64,000 bases of DNA. Origin: an uncultured Gammaproteobacteria bacterium. Its GTDB lineage: Bacteria; Pseudomonadota; Gammaproteobacteria; JACCXJ01. Of this stretch, positions 35,381-45,287 are shown in pieces (positions within the stretch are counted from its first letter, which is position 1; every line of letters starts with the position of its first letter). The stretch spans positions 320,001 through 384,000 of the forward strand of contig CAVXTM010000018.1 in NCBI GenBank assembly GCA_963764725.1, given 5' to 3'. A program made the translations under genes and the position numbers. The notes under the pieces are model-generated. The model was not told the origin of the DNA. It made no database searches and worked only from the letters and a program-made list of their open reading frames with translations.

Positions 35381-36000
35381 GCTGCTGCCCTCCTCTCCTG
35401 CGTATCCAGGAGATCCTGGTTTACCCGTCGGCATTGCTCGTTGATATCGATCCAGCAAGCGACCGACAAGGTCTTTCCGATCCGCATCGCTTGGCCATCC
35501 CCAAAACGGCGCAGTGGAATTCCAACTTTGCGCAACAAACGTTCGAGCGCTACGCTTGTTACGGTAACGTATTGCCCTATACCCTGCTGTTCTGCGAAAT
35601 CGAACACTCGCTGCATCATCGTGAACGTAACCGCACCGAAGTTGACTTGGCGGCAGTCATCAGCCGCAGACGGTTTGACCGCGAAGCGGCTCAGCTCCCA
35701 AACGCGCGAACACTCCGGGGCGGGCTCCCCACGCAGCAGTTCGGGAAACGTGTCTTTTAGCATATAAGGACCGGTAGTCGGCAATAGCCGCCAGCAACCA
35801 TCTACATCCGGTGCTCTGCCGCGGGCGATCATGTAGATGGGGGATTGGTCATCGTAACGGTCCTTCTCCACTCCCTGCTGAACCTCTACCTCCCAGCCCA
35901 GGCGCTCGTAAAACACCTTATGCCTTAAGCGGAACATTGCGTGTAGTGCTTGCCTGTCCATGTGCGAATCGGTCGGATACCCCAATAGGATTTGAGACAT
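35377..36000 (-). CDS. luxI: Acyl-homoserine-lactone synthase (LuxI family)
   Basis: FRLRHKVFYERLGW..EKDRYD, GCWRLLPTTGPYMLKDTF, WELSRFAV. Confidence 0.96.
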   Translation of the reverse strand: MSQILLGYPTDSHMDRQALHAMFRLRHKVFYERLGWEVEVQQGVEKDRYDDQSPIYMIARGRAPDVDGCWRLLPTTGPYMLKDTFPELLRGEPAPECSRVWELSRFAVKPSAADDCRQVNFGAVTFTMMQRVFDFAEQQGIGQYVTVTSVALERLLRKVGIPLRRFGDGQAMRIGKTLSVACWIDINEQCRRVNQDLLDTQERRAAA

Positions 36001-36057
36001 CGGTACTTACTTCCGCTTGGTGACGGCAAGAGTAGACGACAGTACCGCCTTTTTTGT

Positions 36058-36077
36058 AACTGTAAGATCTAACAGGC
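36058..36077 (-). promoter_or_regulatory. lux box upstream of luxI
   Basis: GCCTGTTAGATCTTACAGTT (CTG-N10-CAG dyad); TACTCT -10-like hexamer 23 nt downstream. Confidence 0.8.
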
Positions 36078-36732
36078 GGTGCTAACACCTCGTAATAATT
36101 TCGGGGTAACGGCGAGCGAGTGTGGTTTCCTACAACAGCACAGCCGAATGTGGAGAGTGCTCGCGAGATGGAGTGGCGGTGACATACCGCAATCTGAAGG
36201 AGTCGGGCGATACGCGGGAGAGGCGCGCTTATTATGAATACATGCGTGCCCCTTGGTTCGAAGCGGAAACCGCCGATTCAAAATACGGCTCGTTTGAGGA
36301 ATCTGTGGGTAGTTTAGCGGGTCAGTGAGGTTGAGTTGGGACGCTTGCACGAACCGGTAGAAGCGCCGGGGCCGGGGGGAGCACAGCGCTAGCTCCATTC
36401 GACGCTCACTTTCCGGATACGGGGTGGTAGGAGATGCGGTTGTTCTTCAACCCCGGCTTTGGATGCTCCAATAAAGCCCAGATTTTTGTGCGCCTTGCAC
36501 CATGACCCGCTTGCCCTCCTTGGCACGCTTGCCGAGGCTCCTGCTCATTTTGGCTTACTCCCCCAATACTGGCTCGGGCGTTCCGTTCAACCGACAGAAG
36601 CTTGCTACCGGCGCCTGAATAAAGGAGAATTTTCGCGCAAGTGAGCCAATAGAAAAAGCCGTTTCGAAGCATTAACGGTCCCGAGGATCGCCCGGGGGGT
36701 CAGGATGGTGTTCAATATGCGATAGCCCGCCT

Positions 36733-37740
36733 ATGACTACGGGGAAACTGACCAAGAACAGGTTCTGTGCGATGCTAGTCTTCGTGGTTCCTGGACAATT
36801 GCAGGGCGCCGGATTCGCTGTGTTCACGCAGGGAGCCGGCGCACTGGGGGAAGGACTTGCGACCGCGGCGCATGGGGGCAACCCGAAGGTCATCTTTTAC
36901 AATCCCGCGCTCATCAACCGAATCAACGGCACTCAGATCGAAAATGGTGTGACGTTCATTGCGCCGATGCACGCCTTTCACAGCAATCGGGTCAATACCA
37001 CAGCGGAAACGGAAGGCGAGGTATTTCCTCCGACGCTCTATCTGACGCACAAACACAACGAGAAAGTTTCCCTAGGTGTCGGCATCTTTAGCCCCCTTCG
37101 GACTGAGTACGGAGTGGGGAGCGGGTTGGGAAGGTCGCTACATCACGACCAGGTCGGAATTGCGCACGCTGAATTTCAATCCGGTGGCTTCTTTTCAACT
37201 TACCCCATCCACCTCATTCGCCGCGGGCCCGGATTTCCTGCTGGTTGATGCCACACTGGAAAACAAGCTGAATTTCTCTGCCTTGGGACTGCCGGACGGC
37301 AACCAGAAGTTCTCCGGCAATGGATTCGGAGTGGGGTCTAATCTCGGGCTCTCTTCTGAACTGACCCAGACTATCGCCTTCGGTGTTTCCTACCGAAGCG
37401 AGATCGAGGTTGACATCAACGGGGATGCCTAGTTTGATCTTCCAACAGCGGTTTTGAGCCCAGCGTTTCCTAATACAGATGGACAAACCGAGATCACATT
37501 TCCCCAGCAGCTCGATGCTGCGGTGGCCTACAGCGGCATCGACCGGCTGACCCTGGAGGCAGGAGTGCGATGGGAAGGCTGGTCAAGCTTTGAGAAGCAG
37601 CAGCCAGTGAATGGCGTTACCACATCTGTTTCGCCGAGGGATTGGCACGACACGCTGACGCTCACGACCGGACAGCTCAACGACCGGATTGCTCTGCTGG
37701 CAGGATTTGTGTGGGGCGAGGACCCCCGATGTCCAAGGAC
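36733..37740 (+). pseudogene. FadL/OmpP1-family outer membrane transporter, frameshifted
   Basis: GFAVFTQGA..FYNPA, PFGLSTEW..EGRYIT..NFNP, WEGWSSF split over frames. Confidence 0.85.
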
Positions 37741-39060
37741 GTATCCGAGGTTTTCGTGCTAGAGTATAGTCGGTTTGTTGTTTTTGTCACCCTGATCCTT
37801 GGGTTTAGTGCTGCCTACGGGGGCGGGTTTCAACTCGGGGAGCACAGCGCTAACGCCATTGGACGCTCGCTTGCCGGATACGGGGTGGTAGGGGATGACG
37901 CTTCGGCGGTGTTCTTCAACCCCGGCGGCTTGGTGTTGTTGGACCGGCCTACGGTTCAGAACGGTCTCTTCTACATCACCAGCCGCTTCGAGTTCGAAAA
38001 CCAGGGCTCCAGGCAGTCTCTCGCGGGTCTCTCGGCACCCAGCCGGGGTATCGACGATGACGGGGGAAGAGACGGCCTGGCGCCGAGCCTATATGCTTTG
38101 GCCCCACTCGGGGAACATGCGCGCGTCGCTCTCGGCATTACCGCCCCCTTCGGCTTGGTCACGGATTACGATGCCGACTGGGTAGGCCGTTATCACGCGC
38201 TGCGTTCAGAGCTCAAGACCATAGACATCAACCCCTCTTTCGCTTACCGGGTGTCCAGGCAACTCTCTCTGGGTGCGGGGGTGAGCGTGCAGTACGCGGA
38301 TGCCACGCTGAGCCGGGCGGTATTTGTGTTCGACCCCGCAAGCGGCAACCAGCTTGCGGATGGGTTAGCGCGCGTGGAGGGGGACGACTGGAGCGTGGGT
38401 TACGATCTGGGGCTAATGTTCGAATGGGACCAACACACCCGCTTTGGGGCCGGTTACCGCTCTAAAGTAGATCACACCTTAAGGGGAACACGTAACCTTG
38501 AAGGCGTGCCCGGACAACCCAGCGTGATAGCGGGCGAGGCCGAGCTGAACCTCCCAGACACCTTGTATCTCGGTGCCTATCGACGCTTGAACGAGCGCTT
38601 GGCGCTCACGGGTGGGGCGCGCTGGACGCATTGGAGCCGATTCCAAGAAACGCGGATCCGTTTTGTCGATGGCGGTCCCGACGAGGTCACGGTGCAGAAC
38701 TGGGAAGATAGCTGGACCTTTAGTGTTGGTTTGGATTACGTCTGTTACCCGCATTGGACTCTACGCGCGGGCTATGGCTACGACCAAACTCCGGTCCCTA
38801 GTGCGCGCTTTCGCACCCCGCGTATTCCCGATAATGACAGGCATTGGTTAAGCGTGGGCGCGAGCTATCGTCCCAACGAAACCTGGAATTTCAGTTTTGG
38901 TTATTCACATGTCTTCGTCGATTCAGCAAGGATCGAGAACACCATTGACTTGGTGCCCGCGAATATCGCACCGAGCGGCAGTTTTACCGACACCTTGATC
39001 GGCGAATACGACACACCCGGGTCCGATTCGATCGGTGCTCAGCTTGTTTACGCTTTTTGA
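37729..39060 (+). CDS. FadL/OmpP1-family long-chain hydrophobic compound transporter
   Basis: GGFQLGEHS, DDASAVFFNPGG (NPA motif), PFGLVTDY, RTPRIPDNDRHW, terminal Phe. Confidence 0.92.
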   Translation: MSKDVSEVFVLEYSRFVVFVTLILGFSAAYGGGFQLGEHSANAIGRSLAGYGVVGDDASAVFFNPGGLVLLDRPTVQNGLFYITSRFEFENQGSRQSLAGLSAPSRGIDDDGGRDGLAPSLYALAPLGEHARVALGITAPFGLVTDYDADWVGRYHALRSELKTIDINPSFAYRVSRQLSLGAGVSVQYADATLSRAVFVFDPASGNQLADGLARVEGDDWSVGYDLGLMFEWDQHTRFGAGYRSKVDHTLRGTRNLEGVPGQPSVIAGEAELNLPDTLYLGAYRRLNERLALTGGARWTHWSRFQETRIRFVDGGPDEVTVQNWEDSWTFSVGLDYVCYPHWTLRAGYGYDQTPVPSARFRTPRIPDNDRHWLSVGASYRPNETWNFSFGYSHVFVDSARIENTIDLVPANIAPSGSFTDTLIGEYDTPGSDSIGAQLVYAF

Positions 39061-39302
39061 GGCGGTAAGCAACCCCTCGTGAAATCGCAGGCGGTTAAAT
39101 TTTCGCGCAGCGAGAGGAACTCATCCAGCCCTACGATCGCTCTGATCTCGTCGAAATCCACCATCTGCCCCGCCAGCGATCGTGTGTGCCCGTCCCGTGC
39201 GAAGACTTGTGCCATGTCACGCATGGCCTTGGCCGTCAACAGCAAGGAATCGATCGGCGCGACTACCATCTTAAAGCCCAGCCCATCCAAATCGAGACGC
39301 AA
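39048..39302 (-). pseudogene. C-terminal fragment of isocitrate lyase/PEP mutase family enzyme
   Basis: LDGLGFKMVVAP..AKAM..RDGHT..MVDFDEIRAIVGL resembles PrpB-like C-termini; no N-terminus. Confidence 0.55.
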
Positions 39303-39378
39303 TCGTCGCCTGCCCGGCGAATAATTGTCTCGTTCGATGGAAGGACTGTGCTTATGTCAGTTGCGGGTTTGGCAGGTC

Positions 39379-40110
39379 TTATAACCGGGGAGATATGAGG
39401 CCCTGCGATACGGCCCTGGCGACTGCTTGTTGGCGGTTGCAAGTGGCGAGTTTGTCGCTACAGTTCTTGAGATGAAAAATCACCGTTCGCTCTGAGATGT
39501 TCAGTATTTTGGACATCTCCCAGGTCGTCTTACCCTCGGCTGTCCAGAGCAGACACTCCTTTTCGCGCTCGGTCAGCTGGATATGCGCATGTTGAAGTTT
39601 GGGGTCATCGAAGACCCGCAGTACCGCTTCATGCATATAACCGGTCATCAGATAGGCGATAGGTAACGCTTCAACGAATATTCCTTCACTATTGCGCGGG
39701 GCATGAGACGCAAGGCTTAACATGGCTGCCTCGCCTCGATCACCGTGTGCCGGGAAACTCACCCCGTTAACCAAACCAAAGTCGCGTGCCTCCATCATAA
39801 AGTCGATTATCTTAGGATTACCCGCTTGGATATCGCTCCAGACTAGCGGAGTCGTTCGACGTTTGCAGTGCGCGACGGTCGGATCGATTTGGACATACCC
39901 CTTTATGTCGTATAGTTGGCGCCATTCCTGTGGATAGCTGCTAATAACGACGAACTCAGGCCTTACTAATGAGGCGGGAAACTGCGCGGCAAAGATAAAA
40001 CTTTCGAAACCGAGTTGGCGGCAGAGAGCGGAACCGAGCGAATGAATGTCGTCAACGGACGTGGCGCGCAGCGCCATGTCAATAAGGTCACCTACTGGTG
40101 ACGAAGGCAT
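39379..40110 (-). CDS. luxR: AHL-binding LuxR-family regulator
   Basis: YPQEWRQLY, DPTV, PLVW, FGLVNG; HTH LTEREKECLLWTAEGKT..ISERTVIFH; ATG 40110 after GGAGG. Confidence 0.95.
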   Translation of the reverse strand: MPSSPVGDLIDMALRATSVDDIHSLGSALCRQLGFESFIFAAQFPASLVRPEFVVISSYPQEWRQLYDIKGYVQIDPTVAHCKRRTTPLVWSDIQAGNPKIIDFMMEARDFGLVNGVSFPAHGDRGEAAMLSLASHAPRNSEGIFVEALPIAYLMTGYMHEAVLRVFDDPKLQHAHIQLTEREKECLLWTAEGKTTWEMSKILNISERTVIFHLKNCSDKLATCNRQQAVARAVSQGLISPRL

Positions 40111-40700
40111 TTTGACCTCCAAACATGATTCCTAGCTATCGTCGCTGTACCCCGACCAAGCCTAGGCTATAGAATACACAGCTCAAGAATACTGCAATTC
40201 CGTGTCAGTACCAAGTGCTTCAACAACCAAGGAACCGATTGATGGTCGAGTCTAGCTACCGCGTGTCAATCAATGTGCTGTGAGTCACGAGCCTACTGAT
40301 TTTCAGTAGTAGCGTCCTCTGCGGAGGCTTTCAAATCAGCAGACAAACCGTGCCGGGATCGGTCGCGCCGCCGCCGGATACGGTCTGGTCGGAGATGACG
40401 CCTCGGCTGTCTTCTATAATCCAGCGGCGTTGACTCTTCTACAAGACACACCGAGATCGAAAACACCATCAATCTGGTTTCGAGCAATCTCGCGCCTTTA
40501 GGAACCTTCACCAGTACGCTGGTCGGAGAGTACGAGTCCGCGAGCGCCGACGTTGTGGGTGCCCAATTGCGATACAGCTTTTGATCGTTACGTTCCCGCA
40601 GGGCTGCCGACCTTCGCGATTTTTGGAAAATTCCCGATTTGCCGTGCCGCCTGGACGACTCTGGCGATCTTTTAGGATACCTCCGGGGATCTGCATTTGA

Positions 40701-40720
40701 ACCTGCTAGATATGACAGGT
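40701..40720. promoter_or_regulatory. Second lux box
   Basis: ACCTGCTAGATATGACAGGT with perfect ACCTG/CAGGT arms; TAAACT 21 nt downstream on + strand. Confidence 0.75.
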
Positions 40721-40745
40721 TCGCACGGAACTCACCCGGCCTAAA

Positions 40746-40851
40746 CTTAGTTGGGCAGTTGCCTCCTACGTAGACGTGAAGCAGACGCGCGACGGGAGGG
40801 GAAAGTGTCGCAACCTACTCCACTCCAAGGGGAAGCAACTGCCCAACTAAG
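40746..40851. repeat. Perfect 17-bp inverted repeat enclosing 72 nt
   Basis: CTTAGTTGGGCAGTTGC (40746-62) / GCAACTGCCCAACTAAG (40835-51). Confidence 0.85.
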
Positions 40852-41321
40852 CCGAGACACAGCGGATTTTACAGATTCCCGCTGGGTCGGGATACAAGCA
40901 CATAGACTAAACGAGGCTGGCTTGTGGCGCAACGTAGACGGGACAGTCAAGAGGGGATCTTCACCAAGCTCAAATCCGGCAATCAGCTCGACTATGTACC
41001 CACCCCTACCTGGGCCATAATCAGATCTATCCGCTCTCGATGCTCTTCGCCCACAACCTCGGCTGTGCAGGTGATCGCCCATCCTCCCTCGCGCATAATG
41101 CTCGAGAAACGAACCGCTCTGTGGGGTTTCGTACGCCTGGATACCCTACGGCGTCGGCTTATCCAGCGTGTGCCGGCCGGCTGATCCGACCGCAAGGCCA
41201 GCTCACTCTCAGTCTGTCCGTAAACCCCGGCGTTGGCGACGAGCTGTTTCATTACCTGGAGGTCTCGAAAGCTGCCTGAAGTCAGCAAACTATGAAAACT
41301 TATGCAACGTTGGGGTTTATT

Positions 41322-41810
41322 TTAGGCCATCGCGGCGGTGATGAGCACGGCCCATTCGGCGATCTCGACCGCCGCTCCCGCCGTATCGCCGGTCGCGCCA
41401 CCGAGGCGGCGGAGCATGGCGGCGCGCACTAGCATAAACGTAGTGAAGACGGATGCCAGCATCCACAAACCATCACTGCCCATCGTCATCGGGATGGCGG
41501 CCGCGATAACGAGCACGACGATGACCGCCGGCCGGCGCGGAAGCGCTCGGGCGTGAACCTCCCCCAAGCCGCCGGGTCGGACGTAGGGCGTAGTAAGAAA
41601 CAACGCCAGCAACGCGCCGCGTCCGAGCACGGGCGCAAGCACCAGCGGTAACGGTTGAGCGGCCAGCGCTTCCAACGCGGCGAGCTTGACGAGCAAGACC
41701 AGTATGAGCGCCACCGCGCCCGCCGGACTGCAGGCCGGATCCTTCATGATCGCCAGGCTGCGTTCGCGATCCCCCTGCACCCCGCCCAGGATCAGTGTCT
41801 TCAATGTCAT
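41322..41810 (-). pseudogene. cobS: cobU'-'cobS deletion fusion remnant
   Basis: N-terminal KTLILGG (CobU-like start) joined to DRERSLAIMKDP..RRLGGATGDTAGA (CobS C-terminal half). Confidence 0.75.
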
Positions 41811-41816
41811 CCAGCG

Positions 41817-43295
41817 CTAAAAGGTTTTCAAGTACTCGATGAGTGCGGTTTTCTCCTCCCCGGAGAGGTGGGTCCCAAACTCGTGCCCTTGATTTGCGTT
41901 GCCTCGCTTGCTGACGTCGTGGCGCGTCCCGATACGCTCGGCCTGGGGCCCTTGCGCGATGAACCCCATGCGCTCGGGATCGTAGACATCGTAGCCGCGA
42001 TAGAAAACGCGCGGGCGTTTTGCCGCGGCGTCCAAGAGATCGCGCAAGGTCGGTACCGAGCCGTTATGGAGGTAAGGCGCGCGCAGCCAGATCCCGTCGA
42101 GGTGTGGCACCTTGTATCCGATGAGATCCTCTTCCACGAGGCCGCGGCGTTCGATGCCCATGCCCGCGACCGTCCGGTTCGCCTTGACGGCGGCGTTTCT
42201 GTTCCAGCGATCCAAGCGGCCGCGGCTGGTACCGATTTCGACCAGCGGCACGGGGCGGCCGACCCGGCCGCTGCCCTCGGCATGGCAGAACGCGCATTGC
42301 GCATCGAACACGGCCTGTCCCTCAGCGGCCTTCGCGGTGTCGATCGGGAACGGGAACGCGGGCGGCGGGGTGCGTTTGGCGTAGTCCGTGATCCATTGCA
42401 CCTCCTCGATAAGCTCCTCGGTATCATGCGGCGCGCCGCCCAAAAGCCCGAGCGCTGAATCCATGACGACGGTATACGCATCCCAGGTGTCGCCGGCGAG
42501 GTTCATGCGTTGCGGATCCCTGTCGCCGGGCGTCGAGTCGTATTTCTTGAGGTTCCAGATCGCTGGAAAGTCGGCCGGGCCGAAGGTGTCGCCGATCGGG
42601 TTCAGAGAATACCCAAAGAGCGTTATGATGTCGTCCCGGCCGCGTCCCCAGTCGGGGACATCGATGCGGTAGATCGACGGATACTGCGACTCGCGTTCCA
42701 GCAAGCGCTGCTTGGTGGCCGGAATGATAAAGAAGCGGTACATCAGCGTGTCGATCCAGTCTAGCTTGGTAACGTTTTCGATCTCCTGCAGGATATTGTC
42801 ACTGTTGAAGCGCGGGTCTTTGGTGCAATCGATCACGAACCGCAAGAATGCCTGGATATTCGTCGTGTGACCCGGTCCCAGCGGCGCAAACACGGGCTTG
42901 GCATCCGGTGCGGTCCGATAACGCGCGGTGTGACACAGCGCGCAGTTGTTGGCGACGCGCGGAAAACCGAGGGTCTTTTTCGTGAACCCGATGGGCAACT
43001 CCTGCCCTTCCTCCCAAGGTAGGCCGAGTGCGGCGTAACCGCCCGGGCCCGGAAGCTTTTCGGGAAACATCCGCGGCAGGACGTAAAGGATCCAGTACGG
43101 AATATTCGCATCCCGCTCCGCCCCGATCGAGCCATACATGAAGCGCGTCGCGTCGTCGCGCCGCACCCAATCCGGTTGCGGATACTCGCGAAATCCCCGC
43201 TCCCAGGCGATGTAACCCACGACGCCGACCAGAGTCAAGAATATCGCAAGAACAATCCCGATCCGCTTTGGACCGGTCTTCGTGATGATATTCAT
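41817..43295 (-). CDS. Di-heme c-type cytochrome, RoxA-like, paralog 2
   Basis: N-terminal TM, CALCH, CAFCH, LDGIWLRAPYLHNGSVP, NQGHEFG. Confidence 0.85.
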   Translation of the reverse strand: MNIITKTGPKRIGIVLAIFLTLVGVVGYIAWERGFREYPQPDWVRRDDATRFMYGSIGAERDANIPYWILYVLPRMFPEKLPGPGGYAALGLPWEEGQELPIGFTKKTLGFPRVANNCALCHTARYRTAPDAKPVFAPLGPGHTTNIQAFLRFVIDCTKDPRFNSDNILQEIENVTKLDWIDTLMYRFFIIPATKQRLLERESQYPSIYRIDVPDWGRGRDDIITLFGYSLNPIGDTFGPADFPAIWNLKKYDSTPGDRDPQRMNLAGDTWDAYTVVMDSALGLLGGAPHDTEELIEEVQWITDYAKRTPPPAFPFPIDTAKAAEGQAVFDAQCAFCHAEGSGRVGRPVPLVEIGTSRGRLDRWNRNAAVKANRTVAGMGIERRGLVEEDLIGYKVPHLDGIWLRAPYLHNGSVPTLRDLLDAAAKRPRVFYRGYDVYDPERMGFIAQGPQAERIGTRHDVSKRGNANQGHEFGTHLSGEEKTALIEYLKTF

Positions 43296-43304
43296 GGGTC
43301 GCGG

Positions 43305-45074
43305 CTAAAAGGTCTTGAGATACTCGAGTAACGCTTTTTTTTTGTCCGAGGACAATTCGGTGCCGTATTCGGCCCCTTCGTGCCCCTGATTGCCGTTGCC
43401 CGGGACCCGGGTATCAAAGGTGAAGAACTTTGTACCGTCCACCTCGGGTACGTCGGAGCGAAATCCCATGTTCTGCGGGTCGTAGACATCATTGCCGCGA
43501 TAGAACACCGTCGGCCGGTTGTCGCTCGGTTCCAAGAGATCGCGCAGGCTCGGCACCGAGCCGTTGTGCAGATAGGGCGCGCGCAGCCAGATCCCGTCGA
43601 GCGGCAGGTTAGCGTAACCGTGGGTCTTGTGAAAATGCGTCCAGCGATAGGTGTTCTCCTCCAACTGCACGGCCGCCAAGGGTTCGCGGCCGCCCGCTCC
43701 CGCGGTGGTTTGCGATCCGCTGGCGCCGAAATCGGCGCTGCAGGGTTGCCGCGACTGCCCGGCAAAGACCGTGGCCTGGTTGACGGCGAGGTCCTCGGTG
43801 AAATTGTCCAAGCGGTAGCGGTCGGTGCCTATCTCATCGATCGGGGTGACAAATCCGACCCGCCGGCCCGTGAAGTCTTGCCCGTTAAGACCGTGGCAAT
43901 CCGCACAGTAGCGGCGGTAAAGCGGCTCGCCGCGGTTCGCTAGAGCGTGGTCGATCGGAAAGATATCGTCGTAGTTCCGGGGGGTGAAATCGAGCAACCA
44001 GCTCTCAATGCGGCATAGGGCTTGATAGTCGATGCTCGGTGGCAAGGCCCCGGTGCTGATAACGGCGCTCAAGTGGCGCTCCTTGCCGCGATCGTTATTG
44101 CCGTCCCAATGCAGCTCCATCTCGCGCCCGTCCGAGCGCTTCCTGCGCGGCCCTTGCAACCAGATCGACGGAAAGTCCGCGGTGCCTAGGCTCCGCGGAT
44201 CCACCTGTCCCTCGGTCCGCCAATCGGGCAGGTGCTCCCAAGGCATGTTAAAGAGACCCTTGGAATGACTGAAAGTGTCGCCCCGGCCGGGCCCCCACTG
44301 CGGTTGGCGGTACGAGAAACCGAGCTTGCCCGCGAGCCACTGCCCGCGCTCGCGCATCCGTTCGATGGCGGCCGGATAGATGCCATAGCGATCGATCCAG
44401 CTTAGATCGCCCCCGAGGGCCCGGATTTCGGGGATCAGATCGCGCTTGGAAAAGCGCTTGTGCGCGGCGCACTGGAAAAAGAAATGCTCGAAAGCGTAGA
44501 AGTTAAAGCGATGGGCCGGCATCCCGAGGACTAAGACCGCCGGATCATCAGGGGTTTTACGCACCGTGCCCGCGTGGCAAGCCGCGCAGTTTAGGAACAC
44601 CCGATCCACTCCGAGATGCCGGCGCTTGGAAATACCGGCCGGGAGATCGCGTTCCTGACCGCTGCCGTCATGCTCATAGACAAGCCCCAGCGCCTTGTAC
44701 CCCTCGCGGGAAAGCTGTCTGCGGGCTTCCGTGGCGCCGCCCTCATCGCCCATGTAGGTCGCGGCTCGCGTGAGATAATCCTGCGCCAAGCTGCCGCCGG
44801 CGACTTCGGTCAAGGACTCGGCGCAGACCAGCGGGGCAGCCTGCCAGATCCAGTACGGAATTCCGAGATTGACTTCGGCTCCCGTGGAACCGTACTTAAA
44901 ATGCTCTTCGATGTCCGCATAACCGACGGCGCGGTTCGGGAGCAATCGGTACGCGGCATACCCGCTGGTTAGCAACACCACCGAGGTGATCACCGCGGAC
45001 AGTATCGCCCACGCCTTGCGCAGCGTGGCGCCCGCGGCGCCCGGAACTTTTTTAGGCGGTTGTACTTCTTCCAT
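43305..45074 (-). CDS. Di-heme c-type cytochrome, RoxA-like, paralog 1
   Basis: CAACH, CADCH, LDGIWLRAPYLHNGSVP, GNGNQGH; ATG 45074 after GGGAGG. Confidence 0.85.
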   Translation of the reverse strand: MEEVQPPKKVPGAAGATLRKAWAILSAVITSVVLLTSGYAAYRLLPNRAVGYADIEEHFKYGSTGAEVNLGIPYWIWQAAPLVCAESLTEVAGGSLAQDYLTRAATYMGDEGGATEARRQLSREGYKALGLVYEHDGSGQERDLPAGISKRRHLGVDRVFLNCAACHAGTVRKTPDDPAVLVLGMPAHRFNFYAFEHFFFQCAAHKRFSKRDLIPEIRALGGDLSWIDRYGIYPAAIERMRERGQWLAGKLGFSYRQPQWGPGRGDTFSHSKGLFNMPWEHLPDWRTEGQVDPRSLGTADFPSIWLQGPRRKRSDGREMELHWDGNNDRGKERHLSAVISTGALPPSIDYQALCRIESWLLDFTPRNYDDIFPIDHALANRGEPLYRRYCADCHGLNGQDFTGRRVGFVTPIDEIGTDRYRLDNFTEDLAVNQATVFAGQSRQPCSADFGASGSQTTAGAGGREPLAAVQLEENTYRWTHFHKTHGYANLPLDGIWLRAPYLHNGSVPSLRDLLEPSDNRPTVFYRGNDVYDPQNMGFRSDVPEVDGTKFFTFDTRVPGNGNQGHEGAEYGTELSSDKKKALLEYLKTF

Positions 45075-45287
45075 TGCCAGCCTCCCGGCGCGTATAGGCA
45101 TCAACGCCGCGTGTTCGCGATAATAACGTTGTGGCGTGCGATGATCGAGGAAAATGTTACCTATGTCACAACGCGCCGACGGCACGCGGCGGAACAGAAC
45201 CCGAGGCGCCGTAGCCCCGGTCGTTAATCAACGTTAAAATCGCTCGACTTGGATCCTGGTATTTTTAGCCAATCCGTGCTCAGCCAC

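Noticed and set aside
36069-36672. RsaL/RsaM-type regulator next to luxI
   Set aside because: The short ORFs show no HTH or recognisable similarity
40747-41288. Possible frameshifted PD-(D/E)XK nuclease remnant (RIDLIMA..YIVEL)
   Set aside because: The motif is too weak and fragmentary to call without a search
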